Origin: a virus
Taxonomy: Duplodnaviria; Caudoviricetes
Virus record (IMG/VR): IMGVR_UViG_3300032216_000935
Span: 1 to 37,839 of that record
Length of the DNA stretch: 37,839 nt
Direction: 5' to 3' (one strand)
The notes below the pieces were generated by a model. The model saw only the letters and a list, made by a program, of their open reading frames with translations, did not search any database and was not told the origin of the DNA. The translations under genes were made by a program, and so were the position numbers. Below, in pieces: positions 8,166-16,146 of this stretch (position 1 is its first letter; each line of letters begins with the position of its first letter).

Positions 8166-8172
8166 GCCGGGG
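8146..8172 (-). terminator. Rho-independent terminator ending the late operon
   Basis: CCCCGGC-6 nt-GCCGGGG stem followed by T7 on the minus strand; overlaps the integrase 3' end. Confidence 0.75.
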
Positions 8173-8208
8173 AAAGGGCTTCTGCCTTACAGCATCAACC
8201 TAGGAGAA

Positions 8209-8352
8209 TCATTTGGCCAAGAGGTACAGGCCCACGTTGGAAAAGGCATAGCCAGCATAGACAATGAACATCGAGGTGTTGCCCTTGAAGGCCTGCTCCA
8301 CAGCGATGTAGCCGTAGATCAAACCGGTGACGCAGATCAGCCAGCCACTCAT
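8209..8352 (-). CDS. Small two-helix membrane protein (47 aa, not in ORF track)
   Basis: MSGWLICVTGLIYGYIAVEQAFKGNTSMFIVYAGYAFSNVGLYLLAK; ATGA-coupled to the phosphoesterase. Confidence 0.7.
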   Translation of the reverse strand: MSGWLICVTGLIYGYIAVEQAFKGNTSMFIVYAGYAFSNVGLYLLAK

Positions 8353-9332
8353 AGTGCGCTCACGTCCAGGACCTCACCGCGGAACTCGATGCGGTCGTCA
8401 TCAAAACGGTGCACGATCTCTGGCCACAGCAGCCGACCATTGTTGAAGGTCAGCACGGCAAAGCCAGAACGCCAGTTCACCGGCGCGTCCTCGAGGTAGT
8501 CGGAGAACTGAGGCCCATCGATCTCGGCCAGCGTGCCGGTGTCGATACCAAACCGGTTGCCGTTGTAGTCGCAATAGGGCGTGACCTTCAGCGAGTGCAA
8601 GTGACCCGTGACCATGGACTTGCCGCTCATGCTGGTGTTGCCATGCGTGGCGTGGATGCCACCTTTCCAGCGGTGCTTGACGATGACGTCCTCGGTCAGC
8701 CAGGCCGACCAGCACATATGCCAGGCCGGGAAGTGGTCGCCCAGCGTGAAACCCTTGACGCCCTGGAACTCTGGCACGTTGGCAGCCAGGCGCGACTCGA
8801 GGCGCATGTCGTGGTTGCCAAGGGTCCACACCAGCTTGGTGTTTCTGCGTGCAGCCTTGGCCGCCTCCTCGATCTCACTGAGCGCCGCCTCGCAGGCCTT
8901 GAGCTCGCCGATGATGGAAGGAGGAGACGCCCATCCGATGCGTGGGTGACGGCTGATCGAGGCGCCGTCGAAAGCATCGCCGCCATTGATGATGGCTTTG
9001 GGTTTGAAAGTGTCGATCGCCCAGAGCAAACCTTTGAAAGCTGTGCTTCGAATTCCTGGCCAGAAGTGAGCGTCGCTAAAACACAACACTGTGCCGTTCT
9101 CGATGCCCAAGTTGTAGCGCGCAGCGTGATGGTGAGCGGTATGCAAGTGCTCAAATTTTTGAGCCCTGTAGTCATCTGCCGCGAGTTTGATCTTGTGTAT
9201 TTGTTCCAAAGATCTGCGTCGACGATAAATATTCGACAGCTCAATGCCGGTGACTTCTCGTATTTTTTTAGCTGACTTGTGGGTGTTCCACAGCTCAATG
9301 AATTCGGCGTCTGATAATTTCGATGCTGGCAT
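8349..9332 (-). CDS. Calcineurin-like metallophosphoesterase with N-terminal HTH-like region
   Basis: SDAH, GGDAFD, GNHD, H, GHLH motifs. Confidence 0.9.
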   Translation of the reverse strand: MPASKLSDAEFIELWNTHKSAKKIREVTGIELSNIYRRRRSLEQIHKIKLAADDYRAQKFEHLHTAHHHAARYNLGIENGTVLCFSDAHFWPGIRSTAFKGLLWAIDTFKPKAIINGGDAFDGASISRHPRIGWASPPSIIGELKACEAALSEIEEAAKAARRNTKLVWTLGNHDMRLESRLAANVPEFQGVKGFTLGDHFPAWHMCWSAWLTEDVIVKHRWKGGIHATHGNTSMSGKSMVTGHLHSLKVTPYCDYNGNRFGIDTGTLAEIDGPQFSDYLEDAPVNWRSGFAVLTFNNGRLLWPEIVHRFDDDRIEFRGEVLDVSAL

Positions 9333-9333
9333 A

Positions 9334-9699
9334 TCACTCCTTGGTTAAGAGCCGCTCAAAAATATTGATGACCCGATGCTCGGCTGCTTCCAGCTCTTCT
9401 TCTTTGGTATCGCGATTTTGCGATATGGCAATCAGGTCATAGAGCACCACATGCAGCAATTCATGCACCGCGGTTTGCTCCAGGCTTTTTGCTGTGATCG
9501 GGGTCGCGCCCCAGTCGCCCAATTTGTACACGGCCAAGCGCGCAGGAAAGTGAAACTCAACAGACGCCATGGCGTTCTTGGCTGGTTTGTTGACTCGTTC
9601 AATTCGCCAGTCGCACAAGTTAAGTAATGCCTGCCACTTCACAACATACTCATCAAACAATTTTGTTTGTTCAGCATTAGGTATGTTGTTTGGTTTCAT
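9334..9699 (-). CDS. Small zincin-like metallopeptidase-fold protein
   Basis: 'TAVHELLHV' HExxH with downstream 'AAEH' candidate third ligand. Confidence 0.6.
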   Translation of the reverse strand: MKPNNIPNAEQTKLFDEYVVKWQALLNLCDWRIERVNKPAKNAMASVEFHFPARLAVYKLGDWGATPITAKSLEQTAVHELLHVVLYDLIAISQNRDTKEEELEAAEHRVINIFERLLTKE

Positions 9700-9708
9700 A
9701 CTTTGGAA

Positions 9709-10137
9709 TTATTGTTGCTTGCGTGTCATTGTGATGACATTGTCAACCCAGGCTTTACAGGCGCCGAGCGCTGCTCTGAGCTCGTCGGCTCTGGCAGCTT
9801 CCCGCTCAAGAAACCCCGCATCCGACCTTGAAAGCTCGGCCCCGGTTCCACCGTGACAGGCAGCTCTGGCAGGCTCGGGCAAACGCTCGGCGCGGTCGCG
9901 CAGGCGCTCAAGAGCATCGGCAAGATCAGCGCTGATGCGCGTGCGATCGACCTGGTATTGACGTGAGATTTCATTCGCGGCCTCCTGCAGTTTGATTTCA
10001 CGATCATGCGCCGCGCGTTCGGCCACGATCATTTTTTGTTCCCACACGGCATCCATGTCGGACCGTCCCTTGAAGTAGGCTCCGGTTAGAATGGAGCCCA
10101 CCAAGATCAATGCGCCGAGGATTGCGTAGGGGTTCAC
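9709..10137 (-). CDS. Inner-membrane spanin (Rz-like)
   Basis: GTG start overlapping the holin stop; N-terminal TM then coiled coil; hosts a nested lipoprotein ORF. Confidence 0.8.
   Translation of the reverse strand: MNPYAILGALILVGSILTGAYFKGRSDMDAVWEQKMIVAERAAHDREIKLQEAANEISRQYQVDRTRISADLADALERLRDRAERLPEPARAACHGGTGAELSRSDAGFLEREAARADELRAALGACKAWVDNVITMTRKQQ
9726..9974 (-). CDS. Outer-membrane spanin (Rz1-like lipoprotein), nested in Rz
   Basis: Alternate frame; lipobox LLSAC followed by a Pro-rich mature part; exact start uncertain. Confidence 0.75.
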   Translation of the reverse strand: MKSHVNTRSIARASALILPMLLSACATAPSVCPSLPELPVTVEPGPSFQGRMRGFLSGKLPEPTSSEQRSAPVKPGLTMSSQ

Positions 10138-10367
10138 TTGTCTGCTCCTGGCTCTGTTTCCTTCTTGGCCATGATCGCCACGCCATGCGCGCCGGCCACA
10201 GCAGACAGCGCACCAGAGAGCTGGATCAGGTCGATCACACCGGCATGGACCATGTTGGAGATGGCCGCGCCAATGACGGTCAGGAGCGAGACAACCCAGG
10301 ACCAGCGACCGATGTCGTGGCTCTGATTGTCCCGTCCCGTCAGGAGCTGGTTGAGCCAGCCCATCAT
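10134..10367 (-). CDS. Holin (two TM helices)
   Basis: MMGWLNQLLTGRDNQSHDIGRWSW...; two hydrophobic segments and charged tail; between endolysin and spanins. Confidence 0.7.
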   Translation of the reverse strand: MMGWLNQLLTGRDNQSHDIGRWSWVVSLLTVIGAAISNMVHAGVIDLIQLSGALSAVAGAHGVAIMAKKETEPGADK

Positions 10368-10840
10368 GCGTCCTTGGTTGCGAAGCGCAAATCGTTGGCA
10401 GCACGCCCTGCCCAGCCCGAACCGAAGGTTGCCCAGGTGGAGAGCTTGCGCCAGAAGTCGAGGCGCTCTGCGACGTAGAGCATAATCACGTCGGCAGGGT
10501 TGATCTTCTGAAGTGCGGCCGCGCTGGCCGGTCCCCAATGCCCATCGTCAGCCACGCCGATCGCCGACTGCAGCTTGCGGATGGCGGTCTGGATGCCCGA
10601 GTTCACGGCAAAGTCGAAGACCTGGAACTTGATGGCCGGGTGGATGTCCTCACCCAGCACGTCCCAGAAATCGCGCTTGTAGATGGCCTTGGCGCCCTCG
10701 ACCGTCAGGCCGGCAATGTTGACGTCGGGGTAGCTGCGCTTGCAGATCCCGAATTTGGTTTCGCCACCGGGGTCGTTGGGATGATTGACGTAGCCACCTT
10801 CGTGGCTGATCAGACGGTCAAACGCGATGTCAAAGTTCAT
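10364..10840 (-). CDS. Endolysin, glycoside hydrolase family 108 with peptidoglycan-binding C-terminus
   Basis: 'HEGGYVNHPNDPGGETKFGI', 'FDFAVNSG', 'DDGHWGP', 'FGSGWAGR'. Confidence 0.93.
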   Translation of the reverse strand: MNFDIAFDRLISHEGGYVNHPNDPGGETKFGICKRSYPDVNIAGLTVEGAKAIYKRDFWDVLGEDIHPAIKFQVFDFAVNSGIQTAIRKLQSAIGVADDGHWGPASAAALQKINPADVIMLYVAERLDFWRKLSTWATFGSGWAGRAANDLRFATKDA

Positions 10841-10897
10841 GGTCCACCTTTGTTGTGAATTACCAACACTGATGAGACTATCGCATCACGTTGGATG

Positions 10898-11479
10898 TCA
10901 ATAGCCCCACCTGCTCTGCCTGTCCTGGGCCACCCAAATGAGGAGCAGGCACAGTTCCAGGGCAATCACCAGGCAGCCTGCAATGCCGGCAGCCCACAGT
11001 CTGGCCAGCTCTTGCATTCTCCTGATCCGATACGCCGCCTTCTTGTTGGCGATCTCTATTTGTTTGGCAGCCTCATCGACTGCCTCCTGTCTTTCATTGA
11101 TGAGCCGATCTCGCTCTTCAACAATCTCACCCCACAGATCCGGCATCCCCAGTTCCCAGCGCACCATGTGCTCGAGGTCCTTGTAGTATTGCCTGATCTG
11201 GCGCACGCGAATGACGTTCTCGATGGCCTCCTGCGTGACGTTTTTCTGCTTGCCAGCTTTTGCGTCTTCGGCGCGCTGCTGTTTGATTTCCTCGTGTGCG
11301 TGTTCTAGTTGCTGTTGGCCGTGAAAAAATGACGACAGGCAGCTACCGACCTCAGTGACGATTTCAGTGAGATCGCCGCCCGTGGCTTTGACATCCTTGT
11401 AGATCTCGATCGCGCCCTTGACGCCAGCATAAGCTGTCTTGGCAGTGGCAAACGCGAGAGAGACGGTTGCGGGATCCAC
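10898..11479 (-). CDS. Coiled-coil protein with C-terminal TM helix
   Basis: GTG start 'MDPATVSLAFATAK'; helical, hydrophobic C-terminus; upstream of lysis genes. Confidence 0.7.
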   Translation of the reverse strand: MDPATVSLAFATAKTAYAGVKGAIEIYKDVKATGGDLTEIVTEVGSCLSSFFHGQQQLEHAHEEIKQQRAEDAKAGKQKNVTQEAIENVIRVRQIRQYYKDLEHMVRWELGMPDLWGEIVEERDRLINERQEAVDEAAKQIEIANKKAAYRIRRMQELARLWAAGIAGCLVIALELCLLLIWVAQDRQSRWGY

Positions 11480-11480
11480 A

Positions 11481-11702
11481 TCACTTGTCGGCTTTGCCGT
11501 CGAGCTTGTCAAAAATCTGCTTCAAAATCATTTTGATTTCGGCAATGTCAGATCGATAGTCATCCTTGGCGACATAGGTGTGCGGCATATCGTTGACCTT
11601 GTCCTCGAGCTTTTGGATCACGCGGGTCAGGCTGTTGATGACATAGATGGCCAAGAAACCAGCCACGCTGACAACCAGATTGAAGAGTTGTTGGTTGTCC
11701 AT
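11481..11702 (-). CDS. Small N-terminal TM/coiled-coil protein (holin/antiholin-like)
   Basis: TM 'LFNLVVSVAGFLAIYVI' followed by 'YVAKDDYRSDIAEIK...IFDKLD'. Confidence 0.7.
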   Translation of the reverse strand: MDNQQLFNLVVSVAGFLAIYVINSLTRVIQKLEDKVNDMPHTYVAKDDYRSDIAEIKMILKQIFDKLDGKADK

Positions 11703-12130
11703 CAGACACTTTCGGTTGGCCAGGTGAACTGCACTGCAGCCAATTCGGCTGTGGTGGTGCAGGCCTCAATCAGCGCAGCGTTGGATGTGTAAGCAGTGCG
11801 AATTGCTGTGCGCTTGGTCAGCGTTGCAGCGTCGATGTCCTCACCCGTCTCGACCTTGCGCACCAGCTTGTAGTCGGTTGGCGACAACAGGCTGTATGCG
11901 GTGGCCGAGAGCTGGCTTTGCAACATGGCTTTGACCTGGCCAAAATCCTTTGGATTGCCCACGCCCCAGTAGAAGCGGTCGTCGTAGCCCTCGGGATCTG
12001 ACACCTCAGTGATGCCAATCGCGGCGCGCTCTTCGGTTGAAGCCAGGCGCAGCCAGTTTGCTGGGTACTGGATCTCGTCGTGCGTGAATGGCGTATCAAG
12101 CGCCAGCGGTTGGTTGTTGAGCATGAACAT
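11702..12130 (-). CDS. Tail fibre-associated/assembly protein
   Basis: 'QYPANWLRLASTEERAAIGITEV...DDRFYW', 'LLSPTDY'; follows the receptor-binding protein. Confidence 0.65.
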   Translation of the reverse strand: MFMLNNQPLALDTPFTHDEIQYPANWLRLASTEERAAIGITEVSDPEGYDDRFYWGVGNPKDFGQVKAMLQSQLSATAYSLLSPTDYKLVRKVETGEDIDAATLTKRTAIRTAYTSNAALIEACTTTAELAAVQFTWPTESV

Positions 12131-12133
12131 GGA

Positions 12134-15130
12134 TTACCTCGCGAGTGAGTTTTTGAATGGGTTTTCAGCGAAGGCTGCAAAGATGATTGTGTTTCCGCTT
12201 GTAACGCCCCAATCACTTACAGCGACGCGAACCTTGAAACCGTTGGACAGTACATCGACACTAAGACCCGTATTCTCTATGTCAGTTGCGTTTGGAATCA
12301 GCCGACCAGTGGAAAGGTTGTAAGTAGATCGAGCTGTGTCCACAATGTTCCAGTTTCCATTGGAAGCTGTCGCGTCCTTCACAAGAATAAAGCGAGGACG
12401 AAAACCGCAGTAGACAAACGGCCCATCAGCAGACCCGTTGGCCGTGTAGCTGCCAAACTTGGAGTAGCCAGCGACTTCTGCAAAAGCGTAAGCTACAAAA
12501 GTTCTGCCGCTTCCGTTGATACTTGATGCGCCATAACCAAGACCAATGACCGAACTTGTCATTCCAGAAAAGTAACCTGCTGCGGTTCCTGCTGCGGCAG
12601 TTGAATCTAAAATTAAATATTTACTTGCACCAAGCGTACTGCTGTAAACCAACCAATCATCAGCTGTGCTTCTTGTTTTAAAAATAACAAAACTAGGGGC
12701 AACACCAAGTCCATGGCCAGCTGTTTGGCTTGCAGAACCATTACCCGTATAAGTCACCACAGAGAAGCCTTGCGCCGCGCCGGCACTCACCTGAGAAGTG
12801 ATTGAGCCAGCGTTGTTGGTAACAGCAGCGCCGCCAGCTTTCCATTGCCAAGCAACCAACGATTCAGCGCTCTTGTTGACGTTGTTGTTTGCGTCGGCGC
12901 CGACAGAGAAGCCACCAGCATTGAATGAGGTGACGCTGTTTGCGTGTGTGACTTCGGCGTTGGTCAGGTTAGCAAAGATCGCCTGGTTCGCGCCGCGACT
13001 GGAATCGAACAGGATGTTGTTGCCTAAATAGCTGCGGCCCTTTGCCCATATTAGGTCAGGCTGAAATGCGCCGCTGTTGTTGATCGATTGCACTGCACCG
13101 GTGCCGGTGTACAGCGTGGCATCAAAATACTTGTTGCCCGCCTTGATCGTCGCATCAGGCAAGTTCTGCGTGTTCAGCGTTTTGAAGCCTGTGGGTGGGG
13201 TGTAGGTGAAGGGGCGCTGGCCAAAGTTCACATTTGGCGTCAGTGAAGCATTTGAACCGTCGTTGTAGGACATGAAAAACGGCATCATTGGAGCCGCTGC
13301 TGTAAAATATGGACTTGTGCCAGCAGCAGGGTCGCCAGTCCACCACGAACCTTCGTATCCCATCCAACACTTGCCGGTGTCAGCGTCATAGGCAACCATG
13401 AAATTTCTATCGCCAGATGTTGTTGCCCGTGTTGTGGTGTTTACGCTTGCGCCATTGTTGTATAAACCAGTTCCGTAAACAGAAATTGCCGAACGAAACG
13501 ACTGCATCCAACCTTTTGAATTATTTGCTGGTGTGCTTGCAACAGTTGCACCAATCGAAGTTAATGCAATAGATGGTTCTGCAATACCAAACCCAGCAAA
13601 TCGTGCATTCACGTTGTCGTCTGTGACAGTGAATTCCCAATAGTATTTTCCTGATTCCATGGATGCTGTGGCATAGGTTGTGTACCAACCAGAAGCCCCC
13701 GCATTTGTGCTATACAAGTTTCCATTTAAAACAGTTCCCGATGATTTCAACGGGTTCAGAACAGCATAATTCCCCCGCCCATTGCCGCCATCAGCGTACA
13801 TGGTGGGCACGTCAATCATGCTGTCGTAGGTCACGCCAGCAGTCAGCGAGATGTTGTTGGGTGTCCAGTTGTTTGGCGCTGGCACAGTTGTGGTTGGCGT
13901 GTAAGTTGTCGCGGTGGCACTTGCTTCTAGTTGGGCGCCCCAAGCAAACAGACCAGACGTTCCGTCTCCCGTATAAGTAAGCAGGTGCAGGTACGCATAG
14001 ATCGTGTTTGTCGTTAGGCTTGCTGTTGCCGTTGCAGATATTGAACAACGATACCAGCCATTACCAACGGACACTATTGCGCCTGTCGGTGATCCACCAT
14101 CTACGGCGTATGTGCCATTAGACAAGTCAAAACTAATCCGCTGCTCAGTAGTGAAAGCAGCAGACGGGAGTGACAAAAAGATTTTGGATCTTTCGGCTGC
14201 TTTGAAATATCCGCTCGACGTGTAAACCGAACCAGAAACGTATGTTGTGCTGGCATAGATGTAATGGCTGTTGCTTGCAGTTGTATCTTCAACAATTTTG
14301 TCTGCGGTGGCAGTGCCGTTTGGCGCAGTAGTCGCATTTGCAGAAACACTACATCTTGCTTTGCCCCATGAACCATTGTCGAATTGTTCCGAGTACAACA
14401 ACGAGTTTTGCCCAGCCCCATACCCCAGCGACCAGTCATAGCCCAAACTCGTAGTGCTGCTTGGGTCTTTGAACGGCAGGTAAAAGCCGTTGGTGCCGTA
14501 TGTGCCAGCGTACTTCTTGGCCTTCCACACGCCAGTGATGACATCGGTTTCACCAAAGCTCGATGGTGTCAGCGCTTGGCCGTCGATGAAGTTGACTTCG
14601 GTTAGGTAGCCGTCAAAGTAGTATGCACTTATGCGTGTGCTAGAACTAATCCTGTGCGCCGTGGCAGCATTGACCTGAGTGTTCAGGTTTTGAGTTGGGT
14701 ATGTCGAAAAGGCAAACGAAGTGATTGCCTGGCCATTGATGTACAACAAAACGCGGTTTGCGGCTGTGGCTTGAGTGGTATCGATTGCCACGACAACATG
14801 ATACCAAGCAGACGGGTCACGATACACAGCGGTTGAACGAACAACAGCAAGGTTCGATGTGCCATCAAAGATTTGAAAGTTCAAATTGTCTTCAAAGTCA
14901 ATGTAGCACTCAGGACTTCCACCTGTACCGGCTCCAGCGGAAAACAGTTGCTGTTGCCCGAACGAGCCTCGCTTTACCCACCCACTCCATGTCCACTTCT
15001 GTTGATTGCCAGCACCAGCAGGTGTTCGATTGAAATAAGCCGTCGCACTTGCGCGCAGACGCACAGAGCGGCTGATCTGGTAAGCGTCATCACCAGCAAT
15101 CAGGAGTGGGTTGCCGCCTAGGACGCTCAC
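12134..15130 (-). CDS. Large receptor-binding/tail protein (LamG/ConA-like, carbohydrate-binding insert, SPRY-like, C-terminal beta repeats)
   Basis: 'WTWSGWVKRG...RDPSAWYHVVVAIDTTQ', 'YFDGYLTEVNFIDGQAL', 'SGKYYWEF', 'FVYCGFRPRF'; T/S/G/N-rich. Confidence 0.75.
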   Translation of the reverse strand: MSVLGGNPLLIAGDDAYQISRSVRLRASATAYFNRTPAGAGNQQKWTWSGWVKRGSFGQQQLFSAGAGTGGSPECYIDFEDNLNFQIFDGTSNLAVVRSTAVYRDPSAWYHVVVAIDTTQATAANRVLLYINGQAITSFAFSTYPTQNLNTQVNAATAHRISSSTRISAYYFDGYLTEVNFIDGQALTPSSFGETDVITGVWKAKKYAGTYGTNGFYLPFKDPSSTTSLGYDWSLGYGAGQNSLLYSEQFDNGSWGKARCSVSANATTAPNGTATADKIVEDTTASNSHYIYASTTYVSGSVYTSSGYFKAAERSKIFLSLPSAAFTTEQRISFDLSNGTYAVDGGSPTGAIVSVGNGWYRCSISATATASLTTNTIYAYLHLLTYTGDGTSGLFAWGAQLEASATATTYTPTTTVPAPNNWTPNNISLTAGVTYDSMIDVPTMYADGGNGRGNYAVLNPLKSSGTVLNGNLYSTNAGASGWYTTYATASMESGKYYWEFTVTDDNVNARFAGFGIAEPSIALTSIGATVASTPANNSKGWMQSFRSAISVYGTGLYNNGASVNTTTRATTSGDRNFMVAYDADTGKCWMGYEGSWWTGDPAAGTSPYFTAAAPMMPFFMSYNDGSNASLTPNVNFGQRPFTYTPPTGFKTLNTQNLPDATIKAGNKYFDATLYTGTGAVQSINNSGAFQPDLIWAKGRSYLGNNILFDSSRGANQAIFANLTNAEVTHANSVTSFNAGGFSVGADANNNVNKSAESLVAWQWKAGGAAVTNNAGSITSQVSAGAAQGFSVVTYTGNGSASQTAGHGLGVAPSFVIFKTRSTADDWLVYSSTLGASKYLILDSTAAAGTAAGYFSGMTSSVIGLGYGASSINGSGRTFVAYAFAEVAGYSKFGSYTANGSADGPFVYCGFRPRFILVKDATASNGNWNIVDTARSTYNLSTGRLIPNATDIENTGLSVDVLSNGFKVRVAVSDWGVTSGNTIIFAAFAENPFKNSLAR

Positions 15131-16143
15131 TTCACATCTCCGATCAGACGGGCTGTGATGCGCGTGCTGCTTTCAACGTAATAGGCCAAAACATCCACCG
15201 CGCTGGCAGTAGTGGTCAGCGTTGGCGCTGTGCCTGCAGGGAATTTGAAGTAGCTGCCATAGGCCAGTGTGCGTGAGCCCGTGCCGTCTTGTGTGATGAC
15301 GATCAGGCCAGCCTGGCCGGCAGTCAGGTTGGTTGGGTTGGCCAGGGTGCGGTTGCCGCCCAGCGTCACAGAGAAGTTGTTGCCCAGCGAGAAATCAGGC
15401 GTGATGGTCGCGCCATCTGTAAGCGCCACCACCGTGCCGCGTTGGGCTTTGGTGAAGCTCTGCACCACGTTGGTCTTGGCAGTGGCTGCATCATAGGCCT
15501 GGACGCTGACACCAATGGCCGCTGCAATAGCAGAAGTGGCCGCGCTCGATGCGCTGCTGGCGCTGGTTGCCGCTGCGGTTGCAGAGCCTGCTGCTGCGGT
15601 CGCTTGCGTCGATGCCGTCGTTGCACTGGTCGATGCATTGGTGGCGCTGGTCGATGCGCTGGTGGCGCTGCCTGCGGCCGCTGTCGCGCTGGCCGAAGCA
15701 TTGGCCGCGCTGGTCGCGATCGAGGTCAGGAGCTGGTCAGGCGTGATCGTGTCAGAAATCGCGGTCTTCACCGAGCGATCGAGCTGCTCCTGCATCTGCT
15801 GCGTGATCATCGTCAGCTTGTCGAGCGCCTGCTCGTGCGTGTTGGCAGGGAATGGATCGTTGGGCTGATAGTCGACGGTCTGAGTTAGAGGAGCATTGCG
15901 CGATACCACCAGGGTTGTGCCAGTGGCAGGCGCTGTGGTCATGGTGACCGTGCCGCCCGATGTAACGCCGGCGCCAGTGACGCTGTAGTCGGTGCCCAAT
16001 GTCTTGACGGTTTCAACGCCGGCAGCGCTGCGCAGCGTGACTTTCAGATCGGACGTGGCCAAAAAGTAAAAGCCGACCGAGAAGGCCGTGGTGGATCCGT
16101 TGCCAGAATAGCTGACCTTGGATGTGGTTGTTGAGACGGTCAT
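15127..16143 (-). CDS. Tail fibre protein (T7 gp17-like N-terminal anchor)
   Basis: 'YSGNGSTTAFSVGFYF...TLGTDYSVTG...HEQALDKLTMITQQ', A/S/T-rich stalk, C-terminal beta domain. Confidence 0.85.
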   Translation of the reverse strand: MTVSTTTSKVSYSGNGSTTAFSVGFYFLATSDLKVTLRSAAGVETVKTLGTDYSVTGAGVTSGGTVTMTTAPATGTTLVVSRNAPLTQTVDYQPNDPFPANTHEQALDKLTMITQQMQEQLDRSVKTAISDTITPDQLLTSIATSAANASASATAAAGSATSASTSATNASTSATTASTQATAAAGSATAAATSASSASSAATSAIAAAIGVSVQAYDAATAKTNVVQSFTKAQRGTVVALTDGATITPDFSLGNNFSVTLGGNRTLANPTNLTAGQAGLIVITQDGTGSRTLAYGSYFKFPAGTAPTLTTTASAVDVLAYYVESSTRITARLIGDVK

Positions 16144-16146
16144 CGA

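Noticed and set aside
10362-10367. Lambda S-type dual-start holin/antiholin
   Set aside because: The two Met codons are adjacent with no charged residue between them, and the first is explained by ATGA coupling to the endolysin stop
9709-10538. ORF-track long versions of spanin (9709-10404) and holin (10134-10538)
   Set aside because: The extensions overlap upstream genes; coupled starts at 10137 and 10367 give coherent proteins
15530-15720. Repetitive GCGCTGGT/GATGC tract in the tail fibre
   Set aside because: Encodes the ordinary Ala/Ser/Thr-rich fibre stalk
11702-16143. Diversity-generating retroelement as in BPP-1
   Set aside because: No reverse transcriptase ORF and no template/variable repeat pair differing at adenines was seen
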